62,000 nucleotides of DNA from Octopus vulgaris. Lineage: Eukaryota. The position numbers and the translations under genes were made by a program. This document shows positions 11,102-22,798 of the stretch, piece after piece. Position 1 is the first letter of the stretch, and each line of letters starts with the position of its first letter. The notes beneath the pieces were generated by a model, which worked only from the letters and a program-made list of their open reading frames with translations, did not search any database and was not told the origin of the DNA. The stretch covers positions 27,982,001-28,044,000 of the forward strand of contig OX597818.1 in the NCBI GenBank assembly GCA_951406725.2, read 5' to 3'.

Positions 11102-13617
11102 TAAGGGTAAAAGGTGGTGGAACAATGCTGTAGACAGGGCCATTAGAGCAAAGAAACAGGCTTGGAATGCCTGGGAGAGTGGGGATGGCAGGAGAATATA
11201 TCAGATAGCTAAAAGGGAAGCTAAGGGACAGGTATATATAGCCAAGGGAGTAGCAAAAAGAAGACATTTGCCAATGTTCAGTGACATGAGGATCAGAGAA
11301 CTGAAGTATTTTGGATTGCAAGACAGTGTGTGAGAGAAAACTGTGAAGTCACAGGAGAGAAATGTGTCCGCATGGATGATGGTGCACTTGCATTTAATGA
11401 TTCTGCAAAGAAAATGTGTTGGAGAAGCCATTATGAAAGATTGCTGAATGTGGAGAATGAATGGGAGGAGGAGAGTCTGCCAAAGGTTGACCCAGTTGAG
11501 TGACCAGCTATCCAAATCAACAGTATCCAGGTACATAGAGCCAATAAAGATATGAAGACAGAGAAAGCACCTGGCCCATCAGGAATAACTGCTGGGATAC
11601 TTAAAATATTGGGTGATGTGGGTTATGGTCTTGTCACCTGCATTGTAAATCAGATAGTTCATGAAGGAGTCATACCCAATGACTAGTGTAGCAGCACCAT
11701 AGTCAATTGTTACAAGGTGATGCTTTAGACAGAAGTAACTACAAGGGTATCAAATTATTGGATAATGTGATGAAAGTTCCAGAGAGGGTCATAGCCCAAC
11801 TAATTAGGGAGAGAGTTAGTCTAGATGCAGTTCAGTTTTGTCCCAGGCAGAAGCACCACTGATGCTATATTTCTGGTAAGGCAAGTGCAGGAGAAATATC
11901 TAGCCAAAGATAAACCTCTGTACGTGGCTTTTATTGACTTGGAGAAAGCCTTTGACAGGTTTCCCCAATCCCTTATCTGGTGGTCAATGCGGAAACTGGG
12001 GATAGACAAGTGGCTGGTAAGAGCTGTACAAGTCCTGTACAAGGATACTGTCAGTAAGGTGAGGGTTGGCAATGAGTATAGGGAAGAATTCCAAGTAGAA
12101 GTAGGGGTTTACCAAGGATCATTATAGTCCTCCAGGCAATACCTGAGGAATTCTAGACAGGTTACCCCTGGGAGCTCCTTTATGCTGATGACCTTGCTCT
12201 AATAGCTGAATCACTGCCAGAAATGGAGATGAAGTTTAGGGTGTGAAAGCAAGGTCTAGAATCGAAGGGCCTTTGTGTTAACATAGCCAAAACCAAAGTC
12301 TTAGTAAGTAGGAAGGCTGTCAAATCACAATCCCCTTCAGGTAGATGGCCTGCACAATCTGTAGAAAAGGCACGGGTAGAAACTCCATATGATGTTACCT
12401 GGTGTAAGCTGTGGACAAATAAAAGATGCAGTAATATCAAAGGAAGTTTAACTTGGAAGATAGTTTTTGTACGGAAGATGCACTAAGGAAATGAACGCTG
12501 AAGATGTACAGAAAACAGATTCCATCACATGCCAGGAGAAGAAACTAGAAGTGGTTAATAGCTTCTGCTACCTAGGTGACCAAGTCTGTAGTGGGGGTGG
12601 TCGCTCTGAGAGTGTAAGCACCCTGAGAGAAAAGTTGGGTGTAAGAAGCATCAAATGTGGTGTGCAAGAGAGGTGACTGTGCTGGTATTGCTATGTGTTA
12701 TGTATGAATGAAGACTGCTGTGTGAAGAAGTGCCACTCCCTAACAGTACAAGGAACCTAGGGAAGAAGTAGAACCAGGAAGACATGGGATAAGGTGGTGA
12801 AGCATGACCTTCAAACATTGAACCAAACAAGGGCAATGACAGGAGACCAGGACCTTTAGAGATATGGTGTGATTGAGAAGACCCAGCAGCTAAAGTGAGA
12901 TCGCTGCCATGCATGTCCGGTCCTGTTAAGAATACTGCTGATGTGTTGGGTGATATGATATGCTTGAGAAGACCTGTTGAGTCAAGTAAAACCAATATTG
13001 TAGCTGGAGCCAGTGCCCCCTGACTGGCTCCCATGCTGGTGGCATGTAAAAAGGACCAACTGAACGTGGCCAATGTCAGTACCCTCAGACTGGCTCCCAT
13101 GCCAGTGACATGTAAAAAGCACCATCCAAATGTGGTTGATGCCAGATCTGCCTGACTGGCTCCCATGCCGGTGGCACATAAAAAGCACCAACCAAACACG
13201 GCTGATGCTAGTACCCTCAGACTGGCTCCTGTGCCAGTGACACGTAAAAAGCACCATCCAAATGTGGTTGATACCAGGCCCACCTGACTGGCTCCCATGC
13301 CAGTAGCATGGAAAAATCCCCAACCGATTGTGACCGATGCCAGTACCCACTGACTGGCTCCTTTGCCAGTGGTATGTAAAAAGCACCATCTGAATGTGAT
13401 CATTGCCAGGTCTGCCTTACTGGCTCCTGTGCCAGTGACATGTAAAAAGCATCCACTACACTCTCGGAGGGTTGGCATTAGGAAGGGCATCCAGCTGTAG
13501 AAACACTGCCAGATAAGATTGGAGCCTGGTGCAGCCGCTGGCTCTCCAGACCTCAGTCAAACTGTCCAACTCATGCCAGCATGGAAAATGGATGTTAATC
13601 GATGATGATGATGATGT
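11102..13617 (+). mobile_element. RTE-clade LINE, 5'-truncated and decayed (RT, repetitive 3' UTR, (GAT)n tail)
   Basis: WWNNAVDRAI; QFSFVPGRSTTDAIFLVRQVQEKYLAK...FIDLEKAFD; LLYADDL; FCYLGDQ; minisatellite 3' UTR and (GAT)n end. Confidence 0.92.
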
Positions 13618-13634
13618 ATTTGTATATGTATATA

Positions 13635-13790
13635 TAACAGGTTACTTTCAGTTTTCATCTACCAAATCCACTCCAAGGCATTCATTGGCTCATGGCTATA
13701 GAAGAATATACTTGCCCAAGGTGCTTCACAGTAGGACTGAACTCAGAACCTTGTGTTTGGGAAGTAAACTCCTTACCACACAGCTGCAAC
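13635..13790 (-). mobile_element. tRNA-derived SINE
   Basis: Reverse complement of the SINE head and body (GCTGTGTGGTAAG...CACCTTGGGCAAG...GGTAGATGAAAACTGAAAG). Confidence 0.85.
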
Positions 13791-14555
13791 TGCAAAGCTT
13801 TGAAAATGTTAACGTTTTCAAACGTGTACAAAAAACTTCTTGCAGGTATTCCTATTCAACTCTGATATGCTACCCTTTTATTAATCGATACATTTAATAA
13901 TGCAGTTTATAAGCATATACCTTGTGAACTTTATTTATACTGATAAACCGGTTAATTATATGACTAATATTTGCCTCGACATGAGACACAGAGTAGTGAA
14001 GAGATTTGCAAAGGTGAATGTAATCAGCTTTTGTTGAATATCCCAAATCACTCCTGCTTATGGACAACTCTTGCCAGAAAGTAATCTTAGAAAGACCATT
14101 ATTGCTGTAAACATACTTGTGAATGACTTCTCTTAATGGTAACATCACCATATAAAATATTGAAGTGACAGAAATGTACAGTACTGTACTAAATATTGAG
14201 AGAATCAAATTTAGAGTTAGTACATTCTGTGATCAAATCCCATTGAAGTGAATTTTGTTCATTCTGCTTTTCAATAAGTACTACTTTTACAGAATTATTA
14301 GAATTTTGTTCATAGGGTAGAATTTTTGTGCTACTTAATTTAAACTCTGACTTTGAAATGGCATATTAACCAAAATTGCTCTGTTTCCTCTTGTTTATAC
14401 CAAATAAATTTATTTGGCTATACATGGACATTGGCTGGATATAGAAATTTTTTGTTTCTAAATAAAAGGTTCTATATAAAATATATAATACAATATAGTA
14501 TTATATATATATCTATATATATATGTGTGTGTGTGTGTATGTATATATATATGTG

Positions 14556-14599
<44 letters not shown>

Positions 14600-15163
14600 T
14601 AAATTATAAAATAGGATAAAATCTTTATAAGAATTTATCAAGAAGTCAGCGTGAAAAAACATTATAAGGGAAAAATTCATAATTATTCCCTTTAAATATA
14701 TTTATTTATATTATTTTAAATTTATATAATTTTTAATTTAACCAGAATATATTCAGTGCTGAATTATTTTGAATATACATGTGTACCGAGATGCAATTCG
14801 AAAAGCCTGCCTCTTACATAGATATATAAGAGGGAACAGCCCTATGTACTATGCTGGATACATTTGGTGATCACCTGATATGTTGATTTTTCTGTTTATT
14901 TTTGTGTCTTGATTATGTCTGCACTGATGATTAGAAAATGTATTTTGTACACTAACAATGGTATCATATATGATTTGTGGCTGAATCTTTTTTTAAGAGT
15001 TTGGCGCAAGATTTGCATTCCCTCATGTTTGGTACACTGTATTTTTATTATGGTAATTTTGACTTTAAGAGTCCTTCATAGCATGAGGCATTTATGTGTA
15101 GTAATGCCCTTAATATAAATAAAAATACATACATGCATACACACACACACACACTCACTCACA

Positions 15164-15218
<55 letters not shown>

Positions 15219-15303
15219 TACTACATTCCATGCAACATCAAAACATTAAAAACATCCTCTCCAAACAATAAATATACCAAATATTTAATTTCATTTTTTG
15301 AAG

Positions 15304-15363
15304 CTGTGGAAAAGCAATATGCTGAAATTAGTGAGCCCAAATGTTTAGAAATGAAGCAACGAA
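15304..15363 (+). CDS. 60-nt phase1-1 micro-exon A2: (x)VEKQYAEISEPKCLEMKQR
   Basis: Acceptor ttcattttttgaAG, donor GTAAGT; paralogue of A1 and A3. Confidence 0.8.
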
Positions 15364-15607
15364 GTAAGTACAATTGATATTGTCAGTACACAGCATAACT
15401 TTAGAAATTATTTTAAACTAAATAGAAAACTAAGTCTCATGAAATATGTCACTCTCTAACTTTTATTTGTTAATTTATATACATGTATGTTTGTGTCAGT
15501 ATGAGTCTATATAAATTGTGTTTATTATGCTAGTATCAGCACAGTGCTAACATAAAATAAATGTTATTTATAGCCATGCTATTTGTTCCTATTTTAATTT
15601 CTTAAAG

Positions 15608-15649
15608 ACATGGATGGTGATTATGTTAACATTTCAAAGAAAACTGGAG
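15608..15649 (+). CDS. 42-nt phase1-1 micro-exon B2: (N/D)MDGDYVNISKKTG
   Basis: Acceptor ttttaattttcttaaAG, donor GAG|GTAAGT. Confidence 0.8.
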
Positions 15650-16158
15650 GTAAGTGTGTAAGCAGTTTATTAACAAAAAATACATTCATTAGAGCACAAG
15701 TTAGAAAATATTTTGGCTCATTCTTTTTTTGAGTAGAATATACAGCTTAATATATATTCATGATTGAAAGTAAAACTTTGAAAATTTAAAAATTTTATTG
15801 CACATACAATAAATTTCTTGTAGATATACGCGATTCTGATATTTTACCCTTTTATTAATCCATACACTTAATAATGCAGTTCATAAGCGTAGATTTTGTA
15901 ATTCTTATTAGTACAAATAAACCAAATAATTATATGACTAATATTGAATTAAGTAGATATTTGCATAGACATGAAATAAAGTATTAAAGAGATTTGTAAA
16001 GGTGAATGTGATCGAGTATCCAAATTCACTCCTGGTTATGGTTAACTCTAGCAAGAAAGTAATCTTAGAAAGAAACCTATTTCTGTACACTAAAATAGTT
16101 GGCATTCATTGGTCTCAACAGTCCATAGACCAATTGAAAACAACACTAAGATAAGATT

Positions 16159-16524
16159 AACAAGAGCTCGCAGAGAGCACAAACCTCCACCAAAGCAACA
16201 TCAATGTCCTCTCAATGATTAGCCTGAGATGACTTTTAAAATGAGAATATCTGAAATAAACTTGAAAGCGCTTACAAATGAGAATATAAAAATGAACCCA
16301 ACCACTCTCAAAAATTAAGTAAAAAAAAAACAGGAAAAATAATCCAGAATTCTTGTCCAGATCAATCCCAAAACTTAATTAGTTCATGCCAGTCATGAGG
16401 CCAAACATCACTGAAAATTTCATCTGAATCCATCCAGCGGTTCTTGAGATATCTTGCCCATGGACAAATAAACAAACAAACACGACTGAAAACAAAACCC
16501 CCGCCTTTGCCAAGGCGGAGGTAA
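16159..16524 (+). mobile_element. Non-autonomous Helentron/HINE-like element
   Basis: Starts AACAAGAGCTC and ends with hairpin CCGCCTTTGCCAAGGCGG-AGGTAA. A second copy lies inverted at ~49260-49580, and the element is absent from the paralogous intron copies. Confidence 0.6.
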
Positions 16525-17115
16525 TAATAAAACTGAAGTGAAGAGCAACTATATAGTACATGTAGTTAATTGTGCCACCCCCATTCCCCACAAAAAAAAA
16601 AAAAAAAGTGAACATCCTCAAACAGAACAATATCTGTTTCAACACACAATTTTACATAAGTAATCTTGCCAAACAAATACAGAAATGAATTTCTGTAAAA
16701 ATATTTGTGAATAACTTCTCTTAACATCACCACTTTTGAATATCAATAAAATATTAAAGTGACAGAAATAGTACAGTATTGTATTAAATAATGACAAAAT
16801 TAAATTTAGTGTTTGCACATTCTGAGGTCATATCCCGATGAAATAAATTTTGTTCACTCAACTCCTCAATAAACACTACTTTTACATAATTATTAGCATT
16901 TTGCTTATAGAATAGAATTTTTGTGCCAATCCACTGAGGAGCCCTTTTCCAAACTCTCACTTTGAAATGGCATATTAACCAAAATTACTCTTTGTTTCTT
17001 CTTGTTCATACCAAATAAATTATTTATTTAGCAATGCTCTTCTTTTTCACAATATCTGAATGAGAGGATGGAATTTGGCTGGATTTAAATATTTTTGTTT
17101 CTAAATACATATTTC

Positions 17116-17169
<54 letters not shown>

Positions 17170-17207
17170 ATATATATATATATATGTATATATATGTGTG
17201 TATATAT

Positions 17208-19635
17208 CATCATCATCATCATTTAATGTCCGTTGTCCATGCTGACATGGGTTGGACTGGGCTGGCACACTGGAAGGTTGCACCAGACTCCAGTCTGATT
17301 TGGCATGATTTTCTATGGTTTGATGCCCTTCCTAACACCAACCACTCCGAGAGTGTAATGGGTGCTTTAACGTGCCACCAGTATGGATGCCATTTGCATG
17401 ATACTGGTCTTCTTCTCAAGCACAACATAATTGCCAAAGATCTCAGTCATTGCTTCCATGAGACCCACTGCTTCAAAGGAGCTCAGCCACTTTGCTTCCA
17501 TGAGACCCAACATTAAAAAAAAAACTTGGCCACTTTGCCTCTGTGAGGCCCAATGCTCAAAGAAACTCAGCTACTTATGCCTCCATGGGACCCAACACTT
17601 GAAAGGAACTCAGCCACTTTGCCTCTGGAGGCCCAATGCTTGAGTGGTGCCCTTTATGTGCCACCAGCAGGGGTGCCAGTTTTGTGACACCAACATCAGC
17701 CATGACAAGGATTTCATTAAGCTTCACAAGTCTTCTTAAGCACAACATATCACCAAAGGTCTCAGTCACTAGTCATTGCTTCTGTGAGGTCAAAAGTTCA
17801 AATTTCATGCTTCACCACTTTGTCCCATGTCTTCCTGGATCTACATCTACCACAGGTTCCTTCCACAGTAAGAGATTGGCACTTTTTTACACAGCTGTTC
17901 TCATCCATATGTATCACATAACCATACCAGTGCAGTCATCTCTCTTGCACACCACATCTGATATCTTTTATGCCTAACTTTTCTCTCAAGATGCATACAC
18001 TCTGTTGAACATGCACACTGATATTGCACATCCAATGAAGCATACTGGCTTCATTTCTTTCGAGCCTACACACGTCCTTGGCTGTCACAGCCCATGTTTC
18101 ACTGCCATCTAGCATAGCAATTTCCACATAGGCATCATACAATCTGCTGTTCATTCTGAGAGAGAAGCCCTTTGTTACCAGCAGAGGTAGAAGCTCTCTG
18201 AACTTTGCCCAGCCTAATCTTATTCTCACAGCTATCCTCTCAGCCCATCCACCTCCACTACTAACTTGATCACCTGGATAACAGAAGCTATCTACTACCT
18301 CTACCTGTTGATGGAGTCTATTTTTTGCTTATTTTCAGCGTTTATTGTACCTGTGCATCTTCCATATACAAAGTCTAGCTTCCTCTGATATTGCTCACCT
18401 TTTTATGTGTTCAAATCTTACACCAAGTGCATCATATGGAATTTCTACCTACACCTTTTCTACAGACCGAGCAGGGCCATCTACCTGAAGGGATTTGTGA
18501 TTTGTCTGCCTTCCTACTTACTAAGACTTTGGTTTTTGATTCATTAATTCTAAGACCCTTCGATTCTAGACCTTGCTTCCATACCTGGAACTTCTTTAGT
18601 TCTGGTTGTGGTTCAGCTATAAGAGCAAGGTCATCAGTGTAGAGGTGCTCCCAGGGGCAGCTTGTCTTAAATTCATCTGTAATAGCCTGGAGGACTATGA
18701 TGAACAAGCCTCTTGTTCATCATACAGAGTTCCAATCCTTGGCGAACCCCTACTTGTACCCTGAAATCTTTACTGTACTCATTGCCAACCCTCACTTTAC
18801 TGGTAGCATCCCTGTACATAGCTTGTACAGCTCCCACCAACTACTTGTCTATCCCTAATTTTCGCATTGACCACCAGATAAGGAATCGGGGGACACTGTC
18901 AAAAGCTTTCTCCAAATCAACAAAGGCCAAGTACAGCGATTTATCTTTGGCTAGGTATTTCTCCTTCAGCTGCCTTACCAGAAATATAGCATCACTGGTG
19001 CTTCTCCCTGGCACAAAACCGAACTGCATCTCATCTTAGATAACCCTCTCCCTAATTAGTTGGGCTATGACTCTCTCCATAACTTTCATCACCTAATCCA
19101 ACAATTTGATACCTCTGTAATTATTTCTATCTAAAGCATTACCTTTACCTTTGTAGCTGTTGACTAAGGTGCTGATACACTAGTCATTGGGTATGACTCT
19201 TTTGTGAACCACCTGATTTACAATACAAGTGACTAGACCATAACCCACACTGCCAGATATTTTAAGAATCTTAGCGGAGATTCCTGATGAACTGGGTGCT
19301 TTCCCTGCCTTCATATCCTTAATTGCTTTATCTACATAGGTACTGTTGATTCGTGTAGCTGGTACCTGAATTGGGTCAACATTTAGCAAACTCTCCTCCT
19401 TCTATTCAATCTCCACATTCAACTGTCTTTCAAAACGGCATTTCTAAGCCTCTTTCTTTGCAGAATCATTAAATGCAAGTGCACCATCATCTATGCAGAA
19501 ACATTTCTCTCTCATGACGTCATGATCTTATCTCACACACTGTCTTGCAATCTGAAATATTTCAGTTCTTTGGTCCTCATGTCACTGAATATTGGCAAAC
19601 TTCTTCTTTTCGGCTTCTCCCTTGACTAATCTTAA
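17208..19635 (-). mobile_element. RTE-clade LINE, 5'-truncated and decayed
   Basis: ORFs 18841..19029 (QFGFVPGRSTSDAIFLVRQLKEKYLAK), 18432..18707 (HLYTDDLALIAE) and 17936..18229 (RIRLGWAKFRELLPLL); (CAT)n at 17208. Confidence 0.92.
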
Positions 19636-19699
19636 TATACAAAATACCCTGTCTGTGTGTGTATGTCCTCAATGCATGCTCAAACCTCTGGATCAATCT

Positions 19700-20800
19700 G
19701 CACCATACTTGGGGTTCATGAATAATTTGACCTTGGAAAGAATAATACCGTCTTGATTATTCCATAACTGGGATCACTTGCAGCTGTTGCCTGGACAAGA
19801 ACAGTCTTTCAAATCTTTTGAAATTGTCAATGATCATGACCAGGCTGTAGTTTTTCCAACTGAGTTCCTGAATTCTCTACAGCCATTCTGGTAAGCTATC
19901 TCACAACTAAACACTTAAAAAGGGCGCCCCAATCATGCTGCTTAGGAATCTGGATCCACCTCGTCTGTGTAATGGCACCAAACTGGTGGTGAAAGCAATG
20001 CAACTCCATGTCCTAGAGGCAACAATTATGACTGGGGACTATAAGGGTGAGGTTGTCTTCATTCCATGGATCCCGTTAATCCCATATGACCTCCCCTTTG
20101 AATTTAAACAGTTCCAGTTCCCAATGAAACAAAATTTCGCTATGTCAATAAACAAGTCTCAAGAACAGTCTCTCAAGGTTGTTGAAATTCACCTTGCTTC
20201 TTTCATGGGAAATTATATGTAGGATGTTCAGGAGTTGGAAGTCCCCAAAATTTTTTTCATTTAAACACCAATTAAAGGACACATTGTATATTTAGAAGTT
20301 CTAGATAATTAAACCGTGATTGATTTTCAGATTTGTTTCAATACATTTGTTTATATCATCTGGTAGAATTTTTGTTAAATGTACTCATTAATAGTAGATC
20401 AGTTCTTCTCCAATTTTTCCATTTATGTTCAATGTGTTTTAAATAAGTACTGACAATTGAAGGTGATTGCAAAGACAAAGAACTACCAGGTTTTTTAACA
20501 ATTTTAGTAGTGAAAACATTGGATAAAACATGTTATTGACATTAATAGTTTGCACCTTAGTTAATTACTGTTGAGAACTGCATAATCCATGTTTCATTTT
20601 ACTTAGAGGTTTAAAAGGCATAGTTAAATTTCATTATTTTCAATAACCTGAGAAATGCTAGGTTATTAATGTATAAAATAGGTATCTCAGCTACTAGGAG
20701 GTAAGACCTGCATAGTCTATGTTTCATGTTAGAGATCTAAAAGGCATTTTAAAATTCCACTATTTTCTTTAACCCAGGCAATGCTGGGTATTTCTGCTAG
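19700..20800 (+). mobile_element. Helitron 3' fragment (PIF1-like helicase C-terminus plus hairpin/CTAG end)
   Basis: MLLRNLDPPRLCNGTKLVV...GEVVFIPWIPLIP.DLPFEFKQFQFPMKQNFAMSINKSQEQSL; CCCAG-GCAATG-CTGGG hairpin, then CTAG|T at 20797-20801. Confidence 0.9.
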
Positions 20801-20811
20801 TGTGTGTGTGA

Positions 20812-20867
<56 letters not shown>

Positions 20868-20929
20868 ATAATAAATATTAGGGAATAATAGTGGTTTTGT
20901 CTCGAATTAATATTATATATATATATATC

Positions 20930-22230
20930 TGTCTAAAATTGAAGGCCTACATTGGTCAAAGGGCCTTAGAGTTAACCTAGCAAAAAACAAAGTCTTAGTA
21001 AGTAGGAAGGCAGACAAATCACAAATCCCTTCAGAAAGAGGTCTTGCTCAATCTGTAGAAAAGGCATAGGTATAAACTCCATAAGATGCACCTGGTGTAA
21101 GCTTTGGACACTAAAGGTGCAACAATATCAGAGGAAGGTTAACAGGGAAAATAGCTTTTATGCGTTGTAGATGCACAAGTAAACATCAAAAATGTACAGC
21201 AAACAGACTCCATCAACTACCAGAGGACAAACTAGAGGTAGTAGATAGCTTCCATTATCTAAGTGACCAAATTAGTAGTAGAGGTGGATGCTCCGAGAGC
21301 ATAGCCGTGAGAATAAAACTAGGCTGGGCAAAGTTCAGAGAGCTTCTACCTCTGCTGGCAAAAAGGGCCTCTCTCACAGAGTGAAAGGCAGATTATATGA
21401 TGCCGGTGTGTAAACATCTATGCTACATGGCAGTAAAACATGGGCTGTGACAGCCGAGGACATGCATAGGCTTGAAAGAAATGAAGCCAGTATGCTTCGC
21501 TGGATGTGCAATGTCAGTGTGCATGTTCAACAATGTAAGCATTTTCGGAAAAAAGTTGGGAATAAGGTGTGCAAGAGAGACGACTGTAGTGGTATGGTCA
21601 TGTGATGCATATGGATGAGGACAGCTGTGTAAAGAAGTGCCAATCTCTTACTGTGGAAGGAACCTGTGGTAGACCCAGGAAGTTATGGGACAAAGTGGTG
21701 AAGTATGAAATTTGAACTTTGGGTCTCACAGAGGCCTTTGGTGATGTGCTGTGCTTGAGAGGATCCATCAAGCCAAGTGAAATTGTAATTGTGACTGATG
21801 CTGGTGTCATATAACTAGCACCCATGCTGGTGGTACATAAAAAGCACCTTTCAAGCATTAAGCCTCCTGGAGTCATAGTAGTTGAGTGCCTTTAGAGTGT
21901 TCAGCCTCACGAAGTCAATGCCTGAGACCTTTGACTTTATGTCATACTTGAAAAAAGGCCCATCAATCTGAGCAAAACTACAGTCATGGCAGATACTGGT
22001 GTCACACAAAATGCACCCTTGCCAGCAGCACATAAAAACGCCCATTACACTCTTGGAGTGGTTGGTGTTAGGAAGGGCATCCAGCCATAGAAACCATGCC
22101 AAATCAGACTGGGATCTGGTGCAGCCTTCCAGCTTGCCAGCCCTGATCAAACTGCCCAACCCATACTTGCATGGACTACAGACCTTAAAAGATGATGATA
22201 ATGATGATGGTGATGATGATGATAATGATA
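20930..22230 (+). mobile_element. RTE-clade LINE 3' fragment
   Basis: KLEVVDSFHYLSDQ...IKLGWAKFRELLPLL; LHGSKTWAVTAEDMHRLERNEASMLRWMC; shared tail plus (GAT)n. Confidence 0.9.
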
Positions 22231-22352
22231 TATATATATATATATATATGTATGTATATATATATATTACTACTTTCTGTGCAATGTCAAAATATTTAAA
22301 ACATCCTCTTCAAACAATAAATATGCCTATTTTTTTATTTAATTTCTTGAAG

Positions 22353-22412
22353 TTGTGGAAGAACAAAGTGCTGAAGTTAGCGAGCCCAAATATTTAGAAA
22401 TGGAAAAACGAG
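22353..22412 (+). CDS. 60-nt phase1-1 micro-exon A3: (x)VEEQSAEVSEPKYLEMEKR
   Basis: Acceptor tttaatttcttgaAG, donor GAG|GTAAGT. Confidence 0.8.
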
Positions 22413-22651
22413 GTAAGTGCAATTGATATTATTAGTACACAACATGATCTTAGGAACTATCTTTAAAAAGGACAGAAAGCTAACTATTATGAAATATGTA
22501 ACTAACTTTTGTCTATTAATATGCATGTAGTATGTGTGAGTGCGTTTGAGTCTATCTCATTAGTATTTCTATGGTAGAATCAGTACACAACTATCTTAAA
22601 TTAATTATTATTTATAGCCATGCTATTTGTTCTTTTTCTAATTTCTTAAAG

Positions 22652-22693
22652 ACATGGATGGCACTTACATTAACGTTTCAAAGAAACCTGCTG
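22652..22693 (+). CDS. 42-nt phase1-1 micro-exon B3: (D/N)MDGTYINVSKKPA
   Basis: Acceptor ttttctaatttcttaaAG, donor CTG|GTAAGT. Confidence 0.8.
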
Positions 22694-22798
22694 GTAAGTA
22701 TATAAGCAATTTATTAACAAAAAATTACATTCATTAGAGCAAGATTAGCAAATATTTTGGCTCATTCTTTCTTTGAGTAGAATATGCAGCTTAATATA

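Noticed and set aside
12995-13450. Regularly spaced ~35-bp repeats resembling a CRISPR array
   Set aside because: The spacers are themselves homologous, the context is a eukaryotic LINE 3' UTR, and there are no cas genes.
12651-13490. Longest ORF (279 aa) with repeating HATGMGASQ units; likewise 47424..48107 and 47662..48087
   Set aside because: Antisense reading of the RTE 3' UTR minisatellite, not a repeat protein.
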